DNA from: Candidatus Thorarchaeota archaeon
GTDB taxonomy: Archaea; Asgardarchaeota; Thorarchaeia; Thorarchaeales; Thorarchaeaceae
Length of the DNA: 64,000 nucleotides
Direction of reading: 5' to 3'
NCBI GenBank assembly: GCA_020348985.1
Contig: CP070761.1
Coordinates: 883,613 to 947,612, forward strand
Shown: piece by piece, positions 49,175 to 58,555 of the stretch
Numbering within the stretch: the stretch's first letter is position 1
Layout of the letters: the number at the start of each line of letters is the position of its first letter
Program-made: the position numbers and the translations under genes
The notes under the pieces: model-generated
What the model saw: the letters and a program-made list of their open reading frames with translations, nothing else
Databases searched by the model: none
Told to the model about the DNA's origin: nothing

Positions 49175-49432
49175 TTGCTCTCCTAGGCTTAGACTTCCTA
49201 CTCAAGTAAAATCTCTTGTTAATTGTGGATTGTACAATCTGTGATACGAATACGGAGGTTTATTAGCACCTACGAGGGTTCAGAATTGCAGAAAGTGAAA
49301 AAGGAACAACAGGTTAACGAGAGACCACGCTAACACCAGAATGTTTTCTCTGGTATCCCAAGTATCTGTTTTTCAAAGATCACAGATGGAGTCGGCATTA
49401 TAGACGACTCTCTCAATAGCAGGAGAATAAGA

Positions 49433-49591
49433 ATGGAAGAAATGAGAATCGATTCTAAGATACGATACAAGAGAAACCGGGTCATTAGTGGATTTGGACC
49501 CCACAGAATTTTGGAAATGACACAGAACAAGATGTTTGCAAAATTGGCCGAAGAAGTCGAGACCCAAGTGAACGATAAAGAACTCGACTGA
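49433..49591 (+). CDS. Small hypothetical protein (52 aa)
   Basis: MEEMRIDSKIRYKRNRVISGFGPHRILEMTQNKMFAKLAEEVETQVNDKELD with AGGAG 7 nt upstream. Shorter than any ORF listed in the track. Confidence 0.55.
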   Translation: MEEMRIDSKIRYKRNRVISGFGPHRILEMTQNKMFAKLAEEVETQVNDKELD

Positions 49592-49641
49592 AGTCTACAG
49601 TAGATTATTCATTCCTGTCACAGACTTAGAGAGGTGAAAAA

Positions 49642-49776
49642 ATGAGTACAAGTTCATACGACCTATGCTCGTGTGGTCATAACCGCGAAAACCATGATGC
49701 ATTCGAAAGAGAATGCAACAAGTGCAGTTGTGGTCTGTTCTATAGAAGCATGCGTAAGCATCTTCCTCTGTTGTAG
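49642..49776 (+). CDS. Small Cys/His metal-binding protein (44 aa)
   Basis: MSTSSYDLCSCGHNRENHDAFERECNKCSCGLFYRSMRKHLPLL with a GAGGTG SD 5 nt upstream. Confidence 0.75.
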   Translation: MSTSSYDLCSCGHNRENHDAFERECNKCSCGLFYRSMRKHLPLL

Positions 49777-49815
49777 TCGAGATATGTCGAAATCTTCCAC
49801 GCACGAGGATCAATG

Positions 49816-50706
49816 CTAGACGGCGTTATACCAGAATTCTAGTATATGTTCATAGTCTCGCGGAGTGGCATTTTCGAAGAATTCAGGGAGAGCCGGATCC
49901 GAAACAGCTTTTTCGCTCGGAACGCCTTTCGATTTGAGGTCACTCAAGAAACTGAACATCTTTGAAAACCATTCGGTGCTCTTAACAACATACTCTGGGC
50001 CTACTACCGGTCCGTGTCCTGGAATGAAAGTATCAACATCCATCTGTTCAAAGCTCTCAAGAATCTCAATCGCCTCTGGCTTGAAGCCCGCAAGCATGCA
50101 GGGCGAATTTGCTGCGTGTTCAGCAACAAGATTGTCTCCGGTAATCAAAACCTTCTCCTTTTCACAGAATACGACCGACGAACAATCGGAATGTCCACCA
50201 ATTGACCAGTACTTGTATCTACGACCTTCACTTCCGAATTCAATCTCTCCTTTAACGCCAATCGAAGGAACAGTGATTGTAACATTCGTAAGGTCATCAA
50301 AGAACTGCTTATGTGCTTCAGAAGGAGTTCGACCCTCCTCCTTTAGCGACTCCCTGATTTGCTTGATGACCTTCTGTCTTCCCTCCTTGGAAAGCTCACC
50401 GTCAAGTTCCTTCCTGATTGCCTCAACTCCAGCATCAGAGGATATGATTGGCACATCACTGAAGACTTCCATTCCGAAAATGTGATCCCAGTGAGTATGA
50501 GTAAGGAGAACGAAAATCGGTTTCTTCTTGAATCGAGCTTCCATCTTTGACCGAAACTTCGAAGTTGCCCGGGCATCCTTACCCGTGTCAATGAAGACAA
50601 GTCCATCGTCCAGGGAAATGCATGTCACGTTCCCGTGATTGGCTTTCGTTCCGACAACTCTCATCAAGACGATGTCATTCGTCACATCAGTAATCTCAGT
50701 ATCCAC
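49816..50706 (-). CDS. MBL-fold metallo-hydrolase (cyclase/glyoxalase II-like)
   Basis: THTHWDH, GGHS, TGD, PGHG. Confidence 0.92.
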   Translation of the reverse strand: MDTEITDVTNDIVLMRVVGTKANHGNVTCISLDDGLVFIDTGKDARATSKFRSKMEARFKKKPIFVLLTHTHWDHIFGMEVFSDVPIISSDAGVEAIRKELDGELSKEGRQKVIKQIRESLKEEGRTPSEAHKQFFDDLTNVTITVPSIGVKGEIEFGSEGRRYKYWSIGGHSDCSSVVFCEKEKVLITGDNLVAEHAANSPCMLAGFKPEAIEILESFEQMDVDTFIPGHGPVVGPEYVVKSTEWFSKMFSFLSDLKSKGVPSEKAVSDPALPEFFENATPRDYEHILEFWYNAV

Positions 50707-50735
50707 TATAAGAACAACCTATAGAACACAAACTG

Positions 50736-50792
50736 TTGACTCATACCGTCAATCATTGTCAGATGATGTCAACCGTTGTCATAGTATGACAA
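50736..50792. promoter_or_regulatory. Three phased palindromic operators TTGWC-N7-GWCAA
   Basis: 17-mers at 50736, 50756 and 50776 (exact 20-bp period); the third is a perfect inverted repeat TTGTCATA-G-TATGACAA. TATATTAA follows at 50801. Confidence 0.75.
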
Positions 50793-50911
50793 TAGAGTTC
50801 TATATTAACGTTCTTGTCTGCGCTGCAGGTAGATGTATCGTAGACGGCCAACTTCAAATACTGCTCAGTTCATGTCGAAGATATCTGTCAGTGCTCAGAG
50901 TGTGGAATAAC

Positions 50912-51589
50912 ATGAGCGGAAAGAAGAAGAACGTAGCGTCTCCAGGACATGAGGATTTCATCACGTCAAAACCTGAAACCATTATGTTTGTGGGAGAGAG
51001 ACAGATGGAACTCCTTGACGAGCATGTCGACATCATCGGAGCACTGATTGGAAAGAACCTCACCGTCAAGGAGATCCATCGCCTATACCTTGTAGATACG
51101 GAAGGTCCGACATATAGCAAGACCTTGAAGACTGTTTATAGGCACCTGAACGCTTTGGAGAAAGCGGATCTAGTTCGAGTCGCTGGCCATAGGAAGTATG
51201 AAGGGAGTCGACAGACCGAGAAGCTATATTGCCGCTCCGCACGGATATATTTCCAGCAAGACCCGAAGGGTCCAAAGTGGTGGGAAACGATAGATGGACA
51301 AAGACAACTTGACCAGCTGGGCAAGCTAGCTGTCAAGTTTTTTGATATTCCTTCAGAAAGATCCAAGCAAATCAAGAAGCTTGTACAACAGTACTACGAC
51401 AATTGGGGTCAAGTTGTAAGAGAGCTCTTCGAGAAAATAGCAGAGGAAGAAACGCTTGCCGACATATTTGGTGATGCTGACATTGGAGAGATAAAAGAGC
51501 AATCGAGAATCGTGGGGATGTTGGGTGCAATCTCACAATCCCCAGAGCTTTTTAAGAATATGAGAAAGGTGATTTCGGAACAAGAATAG
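50912..51589 (+). CDS. Winged-helix transcriptional regulator (ArsR-like)
   Basis: LTVKEIH..KTVYRHLNALEKADLV..EKLYCRSA. Start set at ATG 50912; the ORF opens at 50639. Confidence 0.85.
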   Translation: MSGKKKNVASPGHEDFITSKPETIMFVGERQMELLDEHVDIIGALIGKNLTVKEIHRLYLVDTEGPTYSKTLKTVYRHLNALEKADLVRVAGHRKYEGSRQTEKLYCRSARIYFQQDPKGPKWWETIDGQRQLDQLGKLAVKFFDIPSERSKQIKKLVQQYYDNWGQVVRELFEKIAEEETLADIFGDADIGEIKEQSRIVGMLGAISQSPELFKNMRKVISEQE

Positions 51590-51598
51590 CACCATCAG

Positions 51599-53410
51599 TC
51601 AAACAGACCTTCTTCTACGTATCACGAAGAACATGGTGATCAAGGCGATTGCTCCAGCAGCCGTAGCGCCTGCTATTGTCAAGACAAGCCTATTGATGTC
51701 CCGGACGGTGAAGCTTGCATCGGATTCGTCTTCAGCCGCAAGACCACAGGATCCGTCAGCAACTACCTTGAGAATGTACGAACCATCGGGCAGCCAAGCA
51801 ATGTCCAGGATGGCTGTGTCTCCAGATATTTCATCTGTAACTGAAACCCAGCTGGCACCCTCGTCAGCTGACAGATACACCCTGAATAATATCTCATGAT
51901 TCCATGAATCAGAAGAAGACGTCCACCGCGCTTCGATTTCATACGAAAAGACCTCTCCACCATTAGGGAAGATGACTGTTGGCGTACTGATTGTATGTTC
52001 GCGGACGGTGAATGCGACATCTGGTATGCGCTCAGACACGAGCTCATCTGAACACTCGCAGATTACTTTGAGCTGATACTCCAGATCCTGAGGGACTACG
52101 GTTGTGTTCCACAGATAGAAGGTGTTTGTGAGTCCAGTCACAATCTGAGTCCAAGATTCACAATCATCAATGGAATAGTAGACTGAGTATGAAACTGAAT
52201 GACCGAACGTGTCACTCGATTGACCCCACGTCAAATTCATGATTCCATAGTAGAACTCTGCATCGAGATGCTCGTCTGGAAAGAAGACGTTGGGCCTTGT
52301 CAATATGTGAAGATCGAAGTTGAGGTAGGCACTTGTCCGAGGAGTTAGATCTTGTTGATCATGTTCTTCGACAATTGGGGGAACTGTGTAGGGCAAGTCC
52401 ACAATTCCATCGCTGTTATTATCGGGCCCGGTCCAATCACTCCAAAAGTTGTACGCGAACAGACTACCATCTGAACCATCTACTATTTGCTGAAATAGAG
52501 AATGGGAGACTCCATTGTCTATGAAGTTGTTCTCTTGAACAGTGAAATGCCCTGAAAGGATCCTAAGACCAGTGAAGTCGTTTCTATAGAAGGTGTTCCC
52601 CGATATGTGACCTGAAACGGAGCCTCCTTCAATCTTGACCCCTGAACCCACGTGGTCATATATCGTATTCCCAGTGACTGCAGTGAATCCTGATTCTTCC
52701 AGTGAGATGCCTCGCAGTGAGTTGTTGAAGACCACATTGCCATCAATCGTGCAATCAAGAGAATGACCAAGGATTAGTCCAATGTCCGTGTTGTTGCAGA
52801 TCACGTTTTCAGAAAGGGTGTTGTTGGGAGAATCTCTAAGATGAAACCCCGAGGCAGCATTGTCAGTGATTATGTTGCCAGAGAAAAGACAGAACTCCGA
52901 ATAGTCAGCAAGGATACCCAATCCTCCATTGTCACGCATAACGTTTTCCGAAACCGAGCAATCGTTGCAAAGCCCCATGAAAAGCCCATTTGACATCGCG
53001 CTGTGTACGATGTTTCTTGAGATTTCGCCATTGGTGACGTTCAGGAGTCTGATGCCTATGAGTCCACCAACGATCAGATTCGCTTCTACTGAAAAGTGTA
53101 CTCTCGTGTCTGAGATTGACATCAGGACATCATCATGAGACGCAGAGGTGATATTTAGGTCTGTGATGACATACGGGTCCTCGAGAGAGCCGTTGCCACT
53201 CCATCCATTGGCAGTCGCCTGTGCAACAAAATCAGCGTTACTAGTGATTTCGATCGGCCCACTTGAATTGTATGAGGTAATGAATGAGAATCCAGTGCCG
53301 TTTCCCGTTGGCGGACAGTGGATGAAAGTTTCTGATTCCTGCAGACTGAAGCCGATTTGGCCAGTGAGGAGATAAACCAGCAAGAGTGTCGACCAGACAT
53401 GCTTTTTCAT
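51599..53410 (-). CDS. Membrane-anchored surface protein with NosD/parallel beta-helix and two FN3-like domains
   Basis: Signal peptide, G.G...DPYVI, N-x-I-x-x-N repeats, PNGGE, C-terminal TM plus RRRR. Start ATG 53410. Confidence 0.88.
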   Translation of the reverse strand: MKKHVWSTLLLVYLLTGQIGFSLQESETFIHCPPTGNGTGFSFITSYNSSGPIEITSNADFVAQATANGWSGNGSLEDPYVITDLNITSASHDDVLMSISDTRVHFSVEANLIVGGLIGIRLLNVTNGEISRNIVHSAMSNGLFMGLCNDCSVSENVMRDNGGLGILADYSEFCLFSGNIITDNAASGFHLRDSPNNTLSENVICNNTDIGLILGHSLDCTIDGNVVFNNSLRGISLEESGFTAVTGNTIYDHVGSGVKIEGGSVSGHISGNTFYRNDFTGLRILSGHFTVQENNFIDNGVSHSLFQQIVDGSDGSLFAYNFWSDWTGPDNNSDGIVDLPYTVPPIVEEHDQQDLTPRTSAYLNFDLHILTRPNVFFPDEHLDAEFYYGIMNLTWGQSSDTFGHSVSYSVYYSIDDCESWTQIVTGLTNTFYLWNTTVVPQDLEYQLKVICECSDELVSERIPDVAFTVREHTISTPTVIFPNGGEVFSYEIEARWTSSSDSWNHEILFRVYLSADEGASWVSVTDEISGDTAILDIAWLPDGSYILKVVADGSCGLAAEDESDASFTVRDINRLVLTIAGATAAGAIALITMFFVIRRRRSV

Positions 53411-53436
53411 TTCAAGCCCTCCACAGAAACCCCAAC

Positions 53437-54228
53437 TCACTTGCTTCGTCTGAGGTATACCTGATACGCTTCTGGATTCGTGTAGCCAAGCTTCAGTGCC
53501 AGTCCAACCGATTGCTCATTAGCAGCATCCCATTGTGGGACAAGTTCATTCTCCAAAGCATACTCAATTAGAGCAGCAGATACAGCCGTGGCGAGACCTT
53601 TCCGCCGGTACTCAAGTGAATCCAGTGTCGCAACTTGTATTTCGAATTCATCATTGTAGGGGAAAGCGGGGTAAGCCATGCTTACGGCGGTCTCGCCGTG
53701 TTTTATGCAGAATCCAATGTTCTTATCCTCGAATTCCTCCAGACTTCCCCAAATCATTTCGATTTGCATGATGTGCCGATTGTCAATATCCTCAATGTCT
53801 GTGAGAGAAAGCTGAGCTACCTTGAAGTCATCAGATAGATTAGTTTTCAATTCCCGAATGTGTCCCAGATCAAGCGTGTCAGCATTAAGAAGTGTCCGAT
53901 CCATCGGGATAAGGTCGTCACCCCACTCGCTCTTCACCACCTTAGTCCACTCTTCGTTAGGGGTCAACACAATATTCATTGCCGGGATTGATTTCACCAA
54001 CACAGGAGCAGAGGGGGAACTGGAATCACCGACAACGTAATTGAAAGGCCGAAAGCTATACAGGGCTACTGTCGGTGCCTCCTTTGAATCAGTTTTAATT
54101 GAACCAAGACCCATGTCAAAGCATTGGAATAGGACAGATCTCCCCATCCTATGCCTCTCAAACATTGGTCGGAAGATCTCACGATTCTCACTGACTTCGA
54201 TTATCAAATGGCATTCACCGAGATCCAT
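53437..54228 (-). CDS. GNAT-family acetyltransferase
   Basis: EIQVAT..YRRKGLAT..WDAANEQSVGLALKLGY. Confidence 0.92.
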   Translation of the reverse strand: MDLGECHLIIEVSENREIFRPMFERHRMGRSVLFQCFDMGLGSIKTDSKEAPTVALYSFRPFNYVVGDSSSPSAPVLVKSIPAMNIVLTPNEEWTKVVKSEWGDDLIPMDRTLLNADTLDLGHIRELKTNLSDDFKVAQLSLTDIEDIDNRHIMQIEMIWGSLEEFEDKNIGFCIKHGETAVSMAYPAFPYNDEFEIQVATLDSLEYRRKGLATAVSAALIEYALENELVPQWDAANEQSVGLALKLGYTNPEAYQVYLRRSK

Positions 54229-54369
54229 TCTTGTCGCTTGATTGAACTATCACCATAGTCTGCAGAAACCAGTAATCAATCATTCGAATCAAGATGGCGC
54301 TTCCACTCACCATGCGGGCAAAGTATTCCCGCCTCACGTCCCTTTGGCCTAGAATCCATTCCTCTTTCC

Positions 54370-54606
54370 TTAGGTGCCCTTGGCTTGAAGATAGATGTAG
54401 AGACATAGAACCAAGAACAATGCAAGCAATCCTGTGTTGAGCTAGCCAGCAACAGGAAGTGTCATAGTGGCATTGTTCAAGAGCATTCCAATTACTCCTA
54501 GAAGGGTCCAGACTATGACCATCGGATCATACAGCTCTACCTCTTTCCATGATTCTGCTCTGCAAGTCAGAAGCGCAGCCACTGAAAGCATCAGAAGCAA
54601 GGGACA
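54370..54606 (-). pseudogene. Disrupted paralogue of membrane protein 56853-57239
   Basis: Translates as LLLMLSVAALLTCRAESWKEVELYDPMVIVWTLLGVIGMLLNNATMTLPVAG*LNTGLLALFLVLCLYIYLQAKGT*, which aligns without gaps to the intact copy. TAG at 54442-54444 falls at a Trp, and no in-frame N-terminal half is present. Confidence 0.85.
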
Positions 54607-54738
54607 GGTTCCTTGGGTTCCTTATCTATCCTTTGAGACACTGCTTGGGGATAGCTAGAAAGAAAAAGTCCTAGACGTCCAGACAGAGATATATCGAGGC
54701 ACATTCCAATCCGTAGATCAACGGAGATCCAATACAAA

Positions 54739-55911
54739 ATGACACCGAAGGCTAACGTCCGACAGTACATAGATGGGATTCGAACTAGGCTCATTAAGGT
54801 CAGCTCGGAGATATTCAACAATCCGGAGCTTGCATTTGAGGAGGTCAAGGCAAGCCGTCTCCTGGCTGATGAGCTCAAGCAAGCCGGTTTTGACGTTGAG
54901 CTGGGTGTAGCAGGATTAACCACTGCAATTCGGGCAGAGCATTCATCAAAATCGGAAGGTCCTACAATCGCAATCCTAGCAGAGTACGATGCCCTACCTG
55001 GCCTTGGCCATGCCTGCGGGCACAATCTCATAGCTGCCGCGGCACTTGGAGCAGCGCTTGCGCTTGGTGAAATGAAGAAAGACTTGCCGGGCAGACTTGT
55101 CTTCCTGGGCACGCCTGCCGAGGAGGACAAGGGCGGCAAGATAGACATGATCGCGGCGGGTCTCTTTGAGGAGATCGACGCAGCGATGATGTTCCATCCG
55201 TCCGCAGGCTACACGATGGTCGGAAGACAGGGTCTCGCCCTTACAGAAGTGAAGATAGAATTCTTTGGAAAACCAGCACATGCAGCCGCTAGTCCAGAGA
55301 AAGGCATCAATGCACTCGATGCAGTAATCCAGACTTTCAACGGAATCAACGCATTGCGGCAGCATATCAAGAGCGATGCGCGCATCCATGGCGTGATTAC
55401 TCATGGAGGAGTGAAGCCGAATATTGTGCCAGAGTATGCCTCGGCCGAGTTCTACGTGCGTGCACTTAAAGACGACTACTGTGCGGAGTTGGTGAGGAAA
55501 CTAGAGGGGTGTGCGCGGGGGGCGGCGAGCGCCACAGGTGCTGAACTCAAGTTTGAGATAGTCGAGCCTTCCTACATGTCGCGAAAGATGAACAAGGCAA
55601 TGGGAAATGCTTTTGCTTCGAATTTGGAACTCCTGGGATTGTCAATCAGCCCATTGCCAGAGGGCAGCGGTCTCGGATCAAGTGACATTGGGAATGTCAG
55701 TCAGGTTGTGCCAGCGATTCATCCGTATCTTCACATTTGCCATGCTAATGTGTCGGGTCACTCCCAAGAGTTTGCTGAAGCGGCGAATTCAGAATACGGA
55801 CACGAGGCGATGCTGAATGCTGCAAAGGCACTAGCCATGACCGCAGTTGATTTGTTCATGGATTCAGAACTGATGAAGCAGGTTAGAGAGGAATTCCAGA
55901 AGACGAACTGA
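54739..55911 (+). CDS. M20 amidohydrolase (AbgB/PM20D2-like)
   Basis: PELAFEE, EYDALPG.GHACGHN, GTPAEE, GSSDIGNVS. Confidence 0.93.
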   Translation: MTPKANVRQYIDGIRTRLIKVSSEIFNNPELAFEEVKASRLLADELKQAGFDVELGVAGLTTAIRAEHSSKSEGPTIAILAEYDALPGLGHACGHNLIAAAALGAALALGEMKKDLPGRLVFLGTPAEEDKGGKIDMIAAGLFEEIDAAMMFHPSAGYTMVGRQGLALTEVKIEFFGKPAHAAASPEKGINALDAVIQTFNGINALRQHIKSDARIHGVITHGGVKPNIVPEYASAEFYVRALKDDYCAELVRKLEGCARGAASATGAELKFEIVEPSYMSRKMNKAMGNAFASNLELLGLSISPLPEGSGLGSSDIGNVSQVVPAIHPYLHICHANVSGHSQEFAEAANSEYGHEAMLNAAKALAMTAVDLFMDSELMKQVREEFQKTN

Positions 55912-56031
55912 GGAACTCAAACCAAACTCAACAATCAATTGCTTGTATATGCTCACTTTTTAATTCAGGCAATAATGATTCAGTGTGGTTGGATTGCACG
56001 TCTGTGCAGGACGATTGCGGAGATACATTGA

Positions 56032-56706
56032 ATGTCAAAATCAGAGAGATTCAGCTGGTTCAATGCCAATGCTGCAAGAGCAGTAGCTTCGGTTTACGGG
56101 ATTCTTGTCGGTCTAGCATCAATTGAACATGGCATCTTCGAGATGCTTCAGGGCAATGTTGCACCCGACGGTTACTTCTTCGATGCCATTGGAGATGCGT
56201 ATAGGTTCTGGCCCGGGGCAAGGGAGTATGCCGTGACTATTATTCCGAATCTTCTTTTGACTGGAATTCTCGCTATAGTCTTTGGCTCACTGGTGGCGAT
56301 ATGGTCGGCTAGGTTCGTGCAACGCAAGTACGGATCCACAATCTTCCTGCTACTCGCATTGACTGTGTTCTTGGTTGGCGGAGGTTTCGCGCCGATATTC
56401 CTAACTCTGCTTGGCGTTGGAGCCGCAACGAGGATCGGGAAACCACTGAATTGGTGGCGATCAAGATTGCCTGCTGGTGCAAGACACGCACTCGCAGAGG
56501 CTTGGCCCTGGATCCTTATCATATTCGTGTTTGTGTTCTGGGGTGCTGTTGGAATCCAGGTCTTCGGACTGCCAGCGGATGCTGGTACGATAGGGGTCCT
56601 CATGGCAGTTCTTTCGATTGCCATGGTCACTCTCATGCCACTAGCTGTGATGTCTGGGCTCGCGTACGACGCGCAGAAGCCGCTGGCTACGGATCAAGCG
56701 AGCTGA
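56032..56706 (+). CDS. Membrane protein of unknown function
   Basis: About 6 TM segments; EHGIFE..QG and LVGGGF.P motifs. Confidence 0.85.
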   Translation: MSKSERFSWFNANAARAVASVYGILVGLASIEHGIFEMLQGNVAPDGYFFDAIGDAYRFWPGAREYAVTIIPNLLLTGILAIVFGSLVAIWSARFVQRKYGSTIFLLLALTVFLVGGGFAPIFLTLLGVGAATRIGKPLNWWRSRLPAGARHALAEAWPWILIIFVFVFWGAVGIQVFGLPADAGTIGVLMAVLSIAMVTLMPLAVMSGLAYDAQKPLATDQAS

Positions 56707-56852
56707 AAAGAGCGGAGCCGTTGTTCTCGCAGCTGAGTAACAAGAGTCATTGGGTGCTGACTTCACGCACATAAGGAATCTACTGTAATGCCAACCTGTT
56801 CCTGGTTGGCAGGAAGTTCTACCGTTGAAGTCTAGTCCAATTTCATTCTATA

Positions 56853-57239
56853 CTATTGACGTTTGGCTTGATAGTAGACGTAGAAGTATAGTACAAAGAA
56901 CAATACAAGGAGGCCGGTGGTAAACCAACTGGCCGGTGGTAGGGTCATCACGGCAATATTCCAAACCATACCGACTGTTCCCAAGATTGTCCACACGATG
57001 CTCATAAGCACGTATACTTCCACACGGTCCCAAGAGGTCTCACGATAGGCTAGAATTGCACCTGCTGCAAATGCGATAAGCAATGCACCAACTATTCGAG
57101 ACGAAGCTGTCTCAGTGGGCCAACCTGTGATTGCACTCCATGATTCTGGAGATGCGAAAAACCAAGCTCCAAAGATCAATGATACTATGAAGCCGAACAA
57201 GAAAATGTACTTTGCTATATTAGAAAGTTCCCCGCTCAT
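56853..57239 (-). CDS. Small 4-TM membrane protein
   Basis: 128 aa with four hydrophobic segments. Supported by a decayed paralogue 2.3 kb away. Confidence 0.85.
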   Translation of the reverse strand: MSGELSNIAKYIFLFGFIVSLIFGAWFFASPESWSAITGWPTETASSRIVGALLIAFAAGAILAYRETSWDRVEVYVLMSIVWTILGTVGMVWNIAVMTLPPASWFTTGLLVLFFVLYFYVYYQAKRQ

Positions 57240-57380
57240 TTACCATCACACTCACTGTGATACTCTTCTAACCAATTAAGTTACATAAGACTCTTCTGCA
57301 ATTCGAGCCTCAAGCCATTTACAAATAGCAAGTACGGGATTTATCTGAAAGAGTGGTTCATCTCGCCAACGGGTAATCGC

Positions 57381-58517
57381 ATGAAGAAGGAGCGTTCATT
57401 ACTGATCATAGTAGCACTTCTTATGATTCCATTTGGTGGCCTCTTTCCCACATCCAATGGCATCTCATCTGATCAAGACGAAATAAAGCTCATATTGGAC
57501 ATGGATGCGGCCCCCGATGACTTGGCAGCAATGTTGTATCTTCTCAAGCATCCTGCCATCAGTGTACTTGGTGTTGGTGTCTCATGCGGCGTCGCCTACG
57601 TTGATGCGGGGGTTGACATGGCTCTAGGTATTCTTGAGCACTTGGGAAAGAGCTACATCCCTGTTGCAGCTGGGAAAGAGACTCCTCTCATAGTTGAACA
57701 TGCTTTTCCGACTCCATGGAGAGAAGGGAGCTACAATTCCTATGGATTCAATCTGCCCACAACCACACTTCAACCATCCTCGATGAACGCGTCTGAGTTG
57801 ATTATCTCTTTGGTGGAAAACTCAGAATCAAACGTCACTTTGATTGCTACAGGCCCGCTCACCAACATTGCCATTGCTTTGGAAACGGAACCATCCATAA
57901 AGTCGAAGATAGACAGGATTCACCTAATGGGAGGGGCTATCTATGCTCCCGGGAATGTTGGCCTGGAATCTGATATCCCAAACTACGTTGCAGAGTGGAA
58001 CATTTGGGTCGATCCTCACGCTGCAGACATCGTCTTCAAGTCCGGACTTCTGATATCGATGGTCTCCTTGGATGCCACAAATCAAGTGCCAAGGACACAA
58101 TCATTCCTTGATAGGCTTGAGAGTGTCATGGAAACACCAGAAGCACTTTTACTCTACGAAATAACAACTCCAACGCTATACTTCTGGGACCAGCTAGCGG
58201 TTGTTTCGCTGACAAACCCGGAGGTGGCAACATGGGAAGAGCACTGTATTGAGATAGTGTTGGACTTGGAGAACCAAGAAGGTAAGACAAACTCGACGAA
58301 TACCGGGCTCAGCAATGCAGATGTTGCAGTTTCAGCAGATGCGTCCATATTTGAGGACCTATTCATTGGATACATCAATGGTGATCTACCACCTTCTGAC
58401 ACAACAACCACGAGCACTTTAACAGGTCTTCCACCAGAGTTATTGCCCTTGCTCGCTGTAGGAGTTGGAGCGGTGGTTGTAGCCGCTGTCGCTGTTTCGG
58501 CAATGAAGCGAAGATAA
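57381..58517 (+). CDS. Exported, C-terminally anchored nucleoside hydrolase
   Basis: DMDAAPDD, GPLTNIA, MGG, AEWNIWVDP, LDAT, YFWD; signal peptide, Thr/Pro linker, TM and KRR tail. Confidence 0.92.
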   Translation: MKKERSLLIIVALLMIPFGGLFPTSNGISSDQDEIKLILDMDAAPDDLAAMLYLLKHPAISVLGVGVSCGVAYVDAGVDMALGILEHLGKSYIPVAAGKETPLIVEHAFPTPWREGSYNSYGFNLPTTTLQPSSMNASELIISLVENSESNVTLIATGPLTNIAIALETEPSIKSKIDRIHLMGGAIYAPGNVGLESDIPNYVAEWNIWVDPHAADIVFKSGLLISMVSLDATNQVPRTQSFLDRLESVMETPEALLLYEITTPTLYFWDQLAVVSLTNPEVATWEEHCIEIVLDLENQEGKTNSTNTGLSNADVAVSADASIFEDLFIGYINGDLPPSDTTTTSTLTGLPPELLPLLAVGVGAVVVAAVAVSAMKRR

Positions 58518-58542
58518 AGAATGGAGCCGGCCTTGAGACTTG
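58506..58542. repeat. att-like imperfect copy of the tRNA-Cys 3' end and trailer
   Basis: 31/37 identical to 59592-59628, including the exact core TGGAGCCGGCCTTG. Confidence 0.75.
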
Positions 58543-58555
58543 TCCAGGGAACCAA

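Noticed and set aside
50736-50792. Mini-CRISPR or iteron array
   Set aside because: Units are 17-bp palindromes with 3-bp gaps and no spacers or cas genes, so an operator reading fits better.
54442-54444. In-frame TAG as pyrrolysine
   Set aside because: It aligns to Trp (one substitution from TGG) in a fragment that also lacks its 5' half. No pyl genes are in the window.
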